Virus record (IMG/VR): IMGVR_UViG_3300035670_000151
Location: 1-64,000 of that record
Reading direction: 5' to 3' (one strand)
Length of the DNA: 64,000 nucleotides
DNA from: an uncultured virus (IMG/VR IMGVR_UViG_3300035670_000151)
Taxonomy: Duplodnaviria; Heunggongvirae; Uroviricota; Caudoviricetes
The stretch's first letter is position 1. Every line of letters starts with the position of its first letter. Shown here piece by piece: positions 9,870 through 17,893 of the stretch. The notes under the pieces are model-generated. The model had not been told where the DNA came from and did not search any database. It worked only from the letters and a program-made list of their open reading frames with translations. A program made the position numbers and the translations under genes.

Positions 9870-9901
9870 GCCCCGCGTCTAAGGATGCGGGGCTTTTATT
9901 T
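9870..9901 (+). terminator. intrinsic terminator
   Basis: GCCCCGCGTC-TAAG-GATGCGGGGC followed by TTTT. Confidence 0.8.
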
Positions 9902-9935
9902 TGCCTTCTAAAGGTTCCCTAATCTAACCTTAGAG

Positions 9936-9951
9936 TGTTCCACGTGAAACA
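9936..9951. promoter_or_regulatory. parS: chromosomal-type parS site
   Basis: TGTTCCACGTGAAACA matches consensus TGTTNCACGTGAAACA; intergenic. Confidence 0.85.
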
Positions 9952-10008
9952 TTTAGATAAGGTTAGCGGGCTTTCTGGTTTCGTTTTATTCTGGTTCAAA
10001 GATATCGC

Positions 10009-10039
10009 TTGACCGAATCAGCGAATCACCCCATAGACA
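10009..10039 (+). promoter_or_regulatory. sigma70-type promoter with two CGAATCA (GANTC) motifs
   Basis: TTGACC-GAATCAGCGAATCA…CATAGACA. Confidence 0.7.
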
Positions 10040-10044
10040 TAAGC

Positions 10045-10132
10045 GTTGACCGGGTGTGTCCTTCCGACGCAATGAAGCCCCCTCATAGCTGGGTTATCCA
10101 CCCCCACCCGAAAACCTAGCTGCCCGGTCAAC
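10045..10132 (+). ncRNA. candidate small RNA (closed stem, C-rich loops)
   Basis: GTTGACCGGGT/GCCCGGTCAAC outer stem, AGCTGGGT/ACCTAGCT inner stem; no ORF; directly after a promoter. Confidence 0.5.
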
Positions 10133-10332
10133 ACCCATCTTTCATTATTAGCCGATTTAAAGCCCCTTAGAGGGCTTTTGTGCGTTCTAGGCTACCCAAC
10201 TACCCTAAAGCCCTTAAAAAGCTCTGAGAAGGGCTTAAAACGCATTCTAGGATATAATCTAAGATTAAATGCTGGTGGGAAGCCCTGAGAACAAGTTTCG
10301 ACAAAAAAAGTTGGTAAGAGTGAAAAAAGCTC

Positions 10333-10361
10333 TTGCACGAATCATCTAAGGCCATTAGCTA
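10333..10361 (+). promoter_or_regulatory. sigma70-type promoter with CGAATCA
   Basis: TTGCAC-N17-TAGCTA. Confidence 0.75.
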
Positions 10362-10417
10362 ATAGTCATCGCCACTGAGAAGGCGAAAACACAAACATCA
10401 GTCGGAAGGAAGACAAC

Positions 10418-11032
10418 ATGAACAAGGAAGCAATCGAACAGGCCGGTTTCACCGTCGATCAGGCCGGCAAGGTCCGTGTCGGTGGCAAGCTGGTGAAGGC
10501 AGAAGTGGCAGAAGCTGCTGCCCGTGGTGGCATCATCGCCAACTTCGATCCCAACGAACTCCGCCGTAAGAAGGTCAATAAGGCCGCACAGGGTGGCAAG
10601 AGCCTTGTGGAAGCCCTCAACGCCATCAGCCCCGATATCGCTCTGCTGAACGTCGGCATGACCGCCAAGGTGGCGATCCCCAAGACTGCCGAGGGCGGCA
10701 AGAACCCCCTCCGTTCGTTCATGATGGGCGTGGTTACGAAGCTCAACAACGTGACGCAGGCAGGCCGGGAATGGGCAGGACGCAAGTTCGACACGCTTTC
10801 GGATGAGGATGGCGAATTCGCCTATATCACCCGTCTGCCGGATGGTGAGCCTCATGTTCGCAAGACTCCGACCTCGCGGTCTGGTGCGGCTGCGGCGAAT
10901 TCCAGCAACAATCTCGCCGAAGCGCTGGCTGGTGCCCGTCAGCATCTTTCGGGCAACTCCGAAGAAAACAAGGAAGAGGGCCAGCAGGAAGGCGGCGAAG
11001 CGAGCGAAGAGGCAACGGTTTTGACGCACTAA
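10418..11032 (+). CDS. hypothetical early protein with host-like codon usage
   Basis: GGAAGG RBS, own promoter and terminator, GC-rich codons. Confidence 0.85.
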   Translation: MNKEAIEQAGFTVDQAGKVRVGGKLVKAEVAEAAARGGIIANFDPNELRRKKVNKAAQGGKSLVEALNAISPDIALLNVGMTAKVAIPKTAEGGKNPLRSFMMGVVTKLNNVTQAGREWAGRKFDTLSDEDGEFAYITRLPDGEPHVRKTPTSRSGAAAANSSNNLAEALAGARQHLSGNSEENKEEGQQEGGEASEEATVLTH

Positions 11033-11066
11033 TAAAAGTGCCTCTTACCACCTTTCTAAACAACTT

Positions 11067-11096
11067 AAGGCAGGGTTGACGCCCTGCCTTTTTTTT
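11067..11096 (+). terminator. intrinsic terminator
   Basis: AAGGCAGGG-TTGACG-CCCTGCCTT followed by T-tract. Confidence 0.85.
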
Positions 11097-11098
11097 GC

Positions 11099-11127
11099 TT
11101 GCCAAACCCCCGAATCGTCTATAGACC
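11099..11127 (+). promoter_or_regulatory. sigma70-type promoter with CGAATCG
   Basis: TTGCCA-N17-TAGACC. Confidence 0.75.
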
Positions 11128-11236
11128 GGGAACAGGTGAGAAAGCCTGAGAACGCAGAAACGAAAGGTGATTGTTGGAACCAAATTAAGGGTCTGCGGTT
11201 TTAACTATGAACCTGCTATCCTTGGAGTAACATCAA

Positions 11237-11470
11237 ATGCCGAAACAGAACGTCATAAAGGTTTTTAAGCCTCATTCCAAAAAGGCTGACTTTACGGTTC
11301 TAGGCGTCACCCCGCAGCAGGGAGTGCGGAAGCTGGGCCAATTGGTCGATGAAGAGGCTTCCGCCAAGGCCCTTAAGGGCTTCCAGTCATTGAAGCGACT
11401 TGGCTTTGACTCCTTGACCTTCCACCATCAGGGAAGGAAGATCAAGATTGAGACGGCAAGGGCAGCTTAA
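11237..11470 (+). CDS. hypothetical basic protein
   Basis: GGAG RBS; ends in RAA. Confidence 0.75.
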   Translation: MPKQNVIKVFKPHSKKADFTVLGVTPQQGVRKLGQLVDEEASAKALKGFQSLKRLGFDSLTFHHQGRKIKIETARAA

Positions 11471-11759
11471 CACTTATTTCCACTCTAATTGGAGGTATAG
11501 GTAATGACCAACAGTTTATTATGATAGGGCAATCTCCCTTATGCCCGTAAATAGGGAGCATGATTCGTGAAGCGACAGCGAATCAGTAGGAGAGCGTTGG
11601 CTTCGGGTCAACCTCTCCTATTTTCGTTTCTAATGGGGTTTCTTATATTCTGGCATTATGGAGTTAATGAGATATGGGCATTTTAGGTTTCTCATTAATT
11701 GGCATTTTGGGATACTACTGTCTATTGATTTTTGGCATTTTGTATCTTACGCGGGAGAA

Positions 11760-12284
11760 ATGAAAGAAACATTCCTCCCCATACCAGAAACACCCTTATT
11801 AATATCCAACTTAGGTAGGGTATTTAATCCGACTACTAATAGATTTAGGAAGCCGCAAGTTACCACACCCGGTTATCTAAATATTATAAGTGGTGGCAAA
11901 GATTATAATATCCATATATGGGTATGCACTTTATTTAACGGACCTAAGCCCACAGACGGTAAATTTGTCTGTAGGCACTTAGATGATGATAAGTCTAATA
12001 ATGTTTGGACTAATTTAGCTTGGGGAACTTACCAAGATAATGCGGATGATGCGGTTAGGAATGGTAAGATAGATTATTCCAAAGCATTAAAAGGCTCTGA
12101 AAAGCCTAATTCTAAATTGACAGAAACAAAAGTAGAAGAAATTAGAAAGCTATTGGATACCGGAATGTATCATAAAGATATAGCTAAACTATTTGGTGTG
12201 CATAAATCCCAAATATCAAAGATAAAATTGGGAACTGGCTGGAAATCAACTTTGAAACCGGGAACCGGCCAACTTTCACCATAG
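11760..12284 (+). CDS. HNH homing endonuclease with C-terminal HTH
   Basis: ISN.GRV, H..V…F.G, CRHLDDDKSNN…NL.WGT..DN, SKLTE..V…IA..FGV…IS.I; start moved to 11760 (GGGAG RBS). Confidence 0.9.
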   Translation: MKETFLPIPETPLLISNLGRVFNPTTNRFRKPQVTTPGYLNIISGGKDYNIHIWVCTLFNGPKPTDGKFVCRHLDDDKSNNVWTNLAWGTYQDNADDAVRNGKIDYSKALKGSEKPNSKLTETKVEEIRKLLDTGMYHKDIAKLFGVHKSQISKIKLGTGWKSTLKPGTGQLSP

Positions 12285-12337
12285 GACTAGCCAGAAGCCC
12301 CTTGGGGTGGGGTGGGAGCCTCGCGGCCCCCTCCCGG

Positions 12338-12490
12338 TCACTCCGGCTTCTCCCGTAGCTGGTAGGTTCCCGGCTCCAGCCCCCACCCCGTAGCGTGGTT
12401 CTCGCATATGTTGCGGGCTTGTCTTTCGCTTTCCGCTTCTACTTCCCCAATCAAGCTACCGTCAAGCCATTCGATCCAGAATTTTTTCAT
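12338..12490 (-). CDS. 50-aa hypothetical protein (MKKFWIEWLDGSLIGEVEAESERQ…), absent from the ORF track
   Basis: AAAGGA RBS and a dedicated minus-strand promoter at 12520-12548. Confidence 0.7.
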   Translation of the reverse strand: MKKFWIEWLDGSLIGEVEAESERQARNICENHATGWGLEPGTYQLREKPE

Positions 12491-12519
12491 GGTAGGTTCC
12501 TTTCGTTCGGTGTGATTAT

Positions 12520-12548
12520 TTAATGGCGAATTATTTAGTGATTCGCAA
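12520..12548 (-). promoter_or_regulatory. sigma70-type promoter overlapping CGAATCA
   Basis: TTGCGAATCA…CATTAAATAAT on the - strand. Confidence 0.6.
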
Positions 12549-12691
12549 GCCCCTTTTTTAATGGGGTTCTATTTAATTTCCTTCCTAGGTTTTTGTGCCG
12601 CCTAGCGAAGGGCATTAGTCCAACAATGAGAAAGAGCCAGTTGCCTCTAGGGGAGGCTGGACCGTCTGGGTTGCCCCGTCCGGTGACTCCC

Positions 12692-12720
12692 TCTTAGGGC
12701 GATTCGGCATTTAATGTCAA
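12692..12720 (-). promoter_or_regulatory. sigma70-type promoter with CGAATCG
   Basis: TTGACA-N17-CTAAGA on the - strand. Confidence 0.65.
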
Positions 12721-12925
12721 ACCTAAAAATCACTTTTCTGGAATGAGATTAAAAAAATCACTTTTCACTTGAAATAACTTTATTTGCTTATTTCCGACCT
12801 TCTTACGAGTCGCACTCTTGAAACGCTCATACAGGGCCGAATCACCTCTTTTAGGTGTTAGGGTAGCTTAGGCCCCCTAAAGGCCCTGTAAGGGGCTTAA
12901 AACGCCTTATAGGGGCTATTAGGTT

Positions 12926-12941
12926 TGGCATGGCTCTTGCA
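12926..12941 (+). promoter_or_regulatory. sigma54 (-24/-12) promoter
   Basis: TGGCATGGCTCTTGCA fits TGGCAY-N5-TTGCW, GG-N10-GC. Confidence 0.6.
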
Positions 12942-13048
12942 ACATACGCGCACGGGTGTCTGTTTGGTATTAGAGCAAGGAATCCGCTAATCTAAGCTAG
13001 CCGTCCGATGAGCTTAGATTAGGGGCAAAAATAATTTCATTTTAGCGC

Positions 13049-13078
13049 TTGACCGAATCACGAATCCGCCCCTAGATA
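13049..13078 (+). promoter_or_regulatory. sigma70-type promoter with two GAATC
   Basis: TTGACC-GAATCACGAATCC…TAGATA; closely resembles the promoter at 10009. Confidence 0.75.
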
Positions 13079-13086
13079 GGGACATC

Positions 13087-13290
13087 GGCGGGAACAAGCC
13101 CCGCCACCTAGGCCCGATGACGGTAAGCCCCTAGGTTAATCGCCTAATGGTTAGGCGTTCCCCTTAGGGGCTAGGTTGGGCCGTTATGTCATCCGCTTTA
13201 CCTAGCAACCCACAATGGGGCTTACTCAATCAGACACTAACGATTGAGCCATTAGGAAAGCGGTTAAGCAATTAACCGCCGTTCCTAAAG
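13087..13290 (+). ncRNA. candidate multi-hairpin RNA or structured leader
   Basis: About 8 consecutive hairpins directly after the promoter; no ORF. Confidence 0.5.
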
Positions 13291-13363
13291 CTAGTGGAAT
13301 AAACTAACCAATCTGGAGTCGGAACCATGACGAATAATCTTTATCTCGATATCGCTTTGGTAA

Positions 13364-13570
13364 TTGCCAATCTTCTTTTCTTGGCTGTTATCGCGGCTTT
13401 CCTCTTTGGGTTTGTCACAAGTGAATAAGCCAATTCGCTATGAAGTGACTAACAAAGTCACCGGAAAAACAAAGCGCTATAAGACAAGCGCTGGTGCAAG
13501 CCGCGCCATGGATAAGGCGGATAACGCCTATGGTGCATATATCACGACAAGAAAGGCGATTTACGCATGA
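13364..13570 (+). CDS. hypothetical protein (start uncertain)
   Basis: C-terminal YEVTNK.TG…Y…DK.DNAYGAY pattern. Confidence 0.55.
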   Translation: MPIFFSWLLSRLSSLGLSQVNKPIRYEVTNKVTGKTKRYKTSAGASRAMDKADNAYGAYITTRKAIYA

Positions 13571-13767
13571 AACAATTTATTAGCGATGAAACAATGAAAC
13601 AGGCAATTAAGGGCATTGAGGATATCGCCGTTAATAAAGATAACTTTTACGCTACTGCCTACGGTAGTTTGTGGGCGTCCAATGTGACGCGGCTCTATAC
13701 TCCCGACCAGATGCGGGAAATTGCCCTTGCATGGGCCGAACGGCATACGGAAATATTCGGATATTAA
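13567..13767 (+). CDS. hypothetical protein
   Basis: ATGA overlap; RBS. Confidence 0.7.
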   Translation: MKQFISDETMKQAIKGIEDIAVNKDNFYATAYGSLWASNVTRLYTPDQMREIALAWAERHTEIFGY

Positions 13768-13826
13768 TTAATGCGCCACTAGCTTTGGGAGCGAAAGACT
13801 CCGCAACATTTAGAAAGGCTTTATTT

Positions 13827-14876
13827 ATGTCCCACGCACTTGACTTCACCCTTGGCAAGGCCGCTATCGCTTACCGCGCTTCGGAGGGTAAGCCATGGCA
13901 TGGCTTTGGCAATCATATCACCGATGATATGGACGCCGCACAAATCGCGCAGGTTGCTGGCCTTGACTATCAGGTCGCAAAGGCCCCTGCCTTCTATTCG
14001 ATCCCTAACCCCAATTTCAAGGAAGGGGATGATGAATCGCTGGCCATGCTGACTCGTTCCTATGAAAACCGCGCAGTCATGTATCGCACTGACACCGGCG
14101 ATCCCCTTTCGGTGATGTCGGAGTCGCACTATGACCCCGCGCAACCCCTTGACCTGCTAGAGGGGCTTATGAGCCTTGTTAAGGGTAACGGCTTTAAGAT
14201 GGACGTTGCGGGCGCTCTAAAGGGCGGTCGCGTTGTATGGGGGCTTGCCAAGCGTGAAGAGGGGCAAGGCGACATCGCTGGCGATATCATCCTTCCCTAT
14301 ATCCTGCTGCTGACTTCCTACGACGGAACCTATGCGCGGACTGCCCGTGCAACGTCGGTGCGGGTTGTTTGTCAAAACACTGTCAGTCTTTCGGCGGTGA
14401 TGAACGCCCAAACAACGGCGAAACAACGCAATAGCGGCGAATTCGACGCTGATAAGCTGTTTACTCAATTGGGCGAATTCGACTCGGCTTTCGCGGAATA
14501 TGTTCAAGCCGTAAAGGCAATGAGCAAGGTCCGTATGACTGATGACAAGCTTTCGCGTTTCTTCGCGAAGCTTTACAGTCCGAAAGCCCTTAAGGATGAC
14601 TCCGATTGGCTTCGCACTGAACTCGATTTTGATCGGGAAGGCGTGACAAGTAACCAGCGCAATAACGTTGCGCAAATGGTCCGCCTTTTCACCGATAGTC
14701 CGGGTGCGGATAAGGCAGCAGCAGATGGCACGCTTTGGGGCGCTCTTAATGCCGTCACCTTCTATCAGGATCACGTTGCCCGCACTAAGGAAGGCAAGCG
14801 GTGGGAAAGCGCCACTATCGGCAACGGCAATCGGGCGAAAGATGCGGCAATGTCGCTGGCGCTTGAAATGCTCTAA
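13827..14876 (+). CDS. DUF932 (TIGR03299-like) phage/plasmid protein
   Basis: PWHG.G, AGLDY.V, AGAL.GG..VW.LA, SYDG, T.VRVVCQNT, GT.WG..NAVT.Y.DH; start 13827 has an AAGG RBS. Confidence 0.92.
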   Translation: MSHALDFTLGKAAIAYRASEGKPWHGFGNHITDDMDAAQIAQVAGLDYQVAKAPAFYSIPNPNFKEGDDESLAMLTRSYENRAVMYRTDTGDPLSVMSESHYDPAQPLDLLEGLMSLVKGNGFKMDVAGALKGGRVVWGLAKREEGQGDIAGDIILPYILLLTSYDGTYARTARATSVRVVCQNTVSLSAVMNAQTTAKQRNSGEFDADKLFTQLGEFDSAFAEYVQAVKAMSKVRMTDDKLSRFFAKLYSPKALKDDSDWLRTELDFDREGVTSNQRNNVAQMVRLFTDSPGADKAAADGTLWGALNAVTFYQDHVARTKEGKRWESATIGNGNRAKDAAMSLALEML

Positions 14877-14915
14877 CTTCTAATAGGGGCGGGCTAGCAA
14901 TAGTCCGCCCTTACT

Positions 14916-15272
14916 ATGAATTTAGATGGAGTAAAAAAGATGGCTGAATATTTCCACATAGCAACGGGAATGCGCGGCGCATATATGCCTGACAATAGCT
15001 ATATTGTTAAGGTTGATAGTCGGCGCGAATTGAAAGCCATTATTGAAAGCGAAGCGGAGTCCATTCGTGACGCTGGTTTTTATGGCGCTAACAAGCGTGA
15101 AGTGACGGCGACTGTCACCGATGCTTGGCGCAATCTAAAGGCTAAGGTTAAATCGCCTTATCCTTTTGTCGTTCCCTACGGGATGAGTCGGGGTAGTTAT
15201 CGGCCCTATGGGATTATGATAGCTCATTCATCCCGCGCTGAGTATCTGGAATATATGGAGAACGAACAATGA
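14916..15272 (+). CDS. hypothetical protein
   Basis: GGAG RBS favours start 14940. Confidence 0.75.
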   Translation: MNLDGVKKMAEYFHIATGMRGAYMPDNSYIVKVDSRRELKAIIESEAESIRDAGFYGANKREVTATVTDAWRNLKAKVKSPYPFVVPYGMSRGSYRPYGIMIAHSSRAEYLEYMENEQ

Positions 15273-15481
15273 TACAAGCCGATGGAGTAACAGCCATGCA
15301 AAATGTTAACGGAGTCGATTACGTTTCTTTTGTGGCGACGGGAGTCGACCGCAACGGAAAGCGCTTTCGCATTACTTCCCCTAACTGGTTTCACATTAGC
15401 TGCATTAACGTTTGGAGGGGTTCCAAATGGGGAATCCGCGCCGATGGGAAGCGAAAGCTAATCCAACGGATTTACAACTAG
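15269..15481 (+). CDS. hypothetical protein
   Basis: ATGA overlap. Confidence 0.7.
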   Translation: MIQADGVTAMQNVNGVDYVSFVATGVDRNGKRFRITSPNWFHISCINVWRGSKWGIRADGKRKLIQRIYN

Positions 15482-15491
15482 GAGTCAGACT

Positions 15492-16169
15492 ATGCAGTCC
15501 GCCCTTTTGGACCTGATACTAGATATCAAAGCCAGTGAGAGTCGCGAAGTCGACTCAATGGTAAAGCGTATCAATTCCGCCCTACTGGAACGCGCTAACT
15601 TTGAGCGGGAAAAGGCCCCTCATAAAAGCCATGTTGAATTGCGTAGGGTAGCGGCTCAATTCGCCGATAGCCGTAATGTTGCGGCTTTCTTCATTGCCCT
15701 TAATGTTGATCCTTGGATCATGTTTAATAAGGTCCGCAAGAATGGATGGCGGACTAACCTTAAGGGGCTTCAAAAGGTCCGCCGTTTGGTTGATTACGTG
15801 ATGGGGAACAAACCAACCCTAGACATGGACTCAACCGCCCTATTTGCCGCAACTATTATTGCGGCTAATAAAGGGATTGAATGGATTAGCAGTAGCGAAC
15901 AAGAATTTATCCTTTCTTCGGAAAGCATTAATTCGCTTCCTAAAGACATTGCTAAGACTATTCATGAATTCCAGTCTAAGCGCATGACTATAGAGGGGGG
16001 ATCAAGGCCGCATTCCTGTGAATGGCGCACTACCTATGCCAATATGGGGCTTTATACCTATAGCAGGGAAGAGGTAGGGGAAGATGATTACTCCCTAGGG
16101 GTTCATATTGACCTTACTAATCCGCTTATTATCTTTCTCAATGAAACATGGGGTTTGAGCAATGTTTAA
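15492..16169 (+). CDS. hypothetical protein
   Basis: AGGAG RBS; long ORF. Confidence 0.8.
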   Translation: MQSALLDLILDIKASESREVDSMVKRINSALLERANFEREKAPHKSHVELRRVAAQFADSRNVAAFFIALNVDPWIMFNKVRKNGWRTNLKGLQKVRRLVDYVMGNKPTLDMDSTALFAATIIAANKGIEWISSSEQEFILSSESINSLPKDIAKTIHEFQSKRMTIEGGSRPHSCEWRTTYANMGLYTYSREEVGEDDYSLGVHIDLTNPLIIFLNETWGLSNV

Positions 16170-16371
16170 GAATTGTCTTCTGTTTGTCATCGCCATTAGC
16201 ATGGCCTGTATTGCACTGTCTGCTATGGTGGCGGTTAATACTTACATACAACCCGCCCCTACTATGGAGGCTAAGCCCATTACTGTAGCGGACCCTGCTA
16301 CTAGTGATGAATGCATGAACCTCTATAAGGGGCCGGATAATGAACCGCGTTACAGGGTAGGCCCTTGCTGA
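16162..16371 (+). CDS. small secreted or membrane protein
   Basis: Signal-like N-terminus. Confidence 0.65.
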   Translation: MFKNCLLFVIAISMACIALSAMVAVNTYIQPAPTMEAKPITVADPATSDECMNLYKGPDNEPRYRVGPC

Positions 16372-16605
16372 TATGCATTACCCCATACAAGCCCCTAGGA
16401 AGCCCCTTAGAGCGCCTTTCTAGGGGCTTGCGCTACTAGGGTAGCCTAGCAGGGCTGGCCCTACTGTATGGGGCTTATATGGGGCTATATGAGTAGGCCC
16501 TACTATATCACATTACTATGTGATGTGATTATATGTGTTGACATTGTTTGTTTTGTTTTTTGGAAGCGCATTAAAAAAGAATGTGAAAAAGAGTGATTCG
16601 CCCTA

Positions 16606-16635
16606 TTGACCTGTTGCGAGTCGAGGGGGTAGGAT
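16606..16635 (+). promoter_or_regulatory. sigma70-type promoter with TGATTCG/CGAGTCG and no downstream gene
   Basis: TTGACC-N18-TAGGAT. Confidence 0.55.
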
Positions 16636-16726
16636 GTCCTAGAAAGTTACGGCTTTGGCCGCTCCATACCATTCACAAATTTAACCCCAAAATTACCTAA
16701 ACCTCACAACCCCCTTAAGCCCCAAA

Positions 16727-17092
16727 CTAGTTACAGCTAGAACACAATCTTTGCCCACAACCGCAAGGATGATCCTCGTCGGTAATAGTAGGCTCAAGTC
16801 CAATAACCCTGTAGCTCGTATCAGTCGTGGTTACTACCACAACTTCCAAACACTGCAAGGTGCTAAGGTCAATTGACCGGATAGACCAGTTGCTAAAACC
16901 TTCCACCGACAGACGCTTAACGTCAGCCTTGAACTCTTCTAGGTCGGCCCATTGACCCGACCAATCCGCCCAAGTGACAGGATCGCAACCAGACACCGGC
17001 AGGCTATTAAGCCAGAAGGTTTGCTCTTTCCCAAGGCGGTTAATACCCTTAACACTAGCCCTGTAGAAAACTTTCCTAGAATAAGACATCAC
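16727..17092 (-). CDS. hypothetical protein with C-terminal Cys cluster
   Basis: CGC…CSSC; overlaps upstream stop. Confidence 0.7.
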   Translation of the reverse strand: MMSYSRKVFYRASVKGINRLGKEQTFWLNSLPVSGCDPVTWADWSGQWADLEEFKADVKRLSVEGFSNWSIRSIDLSTLQCLEVVVVTTTDTSYRVIGLEPTITDEDHPCGCGQRLCSSCN

Positions 17093-17298
17093 CCATCCAC
17101 CAACAAAGCAAACTCAGTGTAGCCATGCTTAGCCGCATTGGTCATAGCATAGTCGGGGTTGCTGGTAGTATATTCCAGCAAACAGCTACCATGAACATGT
17201 GGTCGGTAAAGAACCACCACTTGCCCGCTACCAACCTTCAAATCCCTGCTAGCAAGCTCTATAGGAAGCCAATCTAGGTTTTCAATACGTCTTGTCAT
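17089..17298 (-). CDS. hypothetical protein
   Basis: Overlapping start/stop. Confidence 0.65.
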   Translation of the reverse strand: MTRRIENLDWLPIELASRDLKVGSGQVVVLYRPHVHGSCLLEYTTSNPDYAMTNAAKHGYTEFALLVDG

Positions 17299-17477
17299 CC
17301 CAGCCCCCTCTTCCGCTTATGCCATGGAACGAAAGGCACATAGTCTTCCACCATCCGAAGACTATTTTTACGCCCGAAATTAATTAGGAACTTACCATCT
17401 TCTAGGATGGCAGTTACCTTGCCTACCGCACAGGTTACGGATGGGTTAACGCGGGTTACTAAATCACCTACTTGCAT
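17295..17477 (-). CDS. hypothetical SH3-like protein
   Basis: VGDLV…G.V pattern. Confidence 0.6.
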   Translation of the reverse strand: MQVGDLVTRVNPSVTCAVGKVTAILEDGKFLINFGRKNSLRMVEDYVPFVPWHKRKRGLG

Positions 17478-17483
17478 ATATTA

Positions 17484-17711
17484 TTACCTTATATTTACAT
17501 CAAGGCTCACAGGATTAAAATACCAGCAAAAAGCTAGCATCACAAATCCTATTGCTGGGGGTATCAGGACGGCTTTCTCAAACCTTCCTCCAAAAGCATG
17601 GTTTACCCATACCAACAGTCCACCCGCTACCGTGAGATACGTCCCAAGAGCGAGGACTAGAAAGAAGCCTATGAAAGACCACATTAGTTCATCGTCTCCG
17701 CTAGACCCCAA
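17484..17711 (-). CDS. small membrane protein
   Basis: Two hydrophobic segments; start may be 17684. Confidence 0.6.
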   Translation of the reverse strand: MGSSGDDELMWSFIGFFLVLALGTYLTVAGGLLVWVNHAFGGRFEKAVLIPPAIGFVMLAFCWYFNPVSLDVNIR

Positions 17712-17884
17712 TATTCATAGGGGAGGTTGTAGAGGATAACTAGCAGGATGCTAGATACTATCACCCTAGGAAGGGCTTTCTCTTTGTCGTAGTAGCTGCC
17801 AAGAAACAGGTCCAGCAAGCTCCATACGAAAGTGAAGGCACTAAGTATCCAAAAGAATACTACAATAATCTCGATAACAACCAT
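17684..17884 (-). CDS. small membrane protein
   Basis: GAGG RBS; two TM segments. Confidence 0.65.
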   Translation of the reverse strand: MVVIEIIVVFFWILSAFTFVWSLLDLFLGSYYDKEKALPRVIVSSILLVILYNLPYEYWGLAETMN

Positions 17885-17893
17885 AAAACCTCA

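Noticed and set aside
10355..11183. Long antisense ORFs here and over the ter, DUF932 and tail genes
   Set aside because: Typical shadows of biased-codon genes that have their own promoter and RBS on the other strand.
12999..13125. CCGATGA motifs as a hammerhead core
   Set aside because: Not CUGAUGA, and no matching GAAA or three-stem junction.
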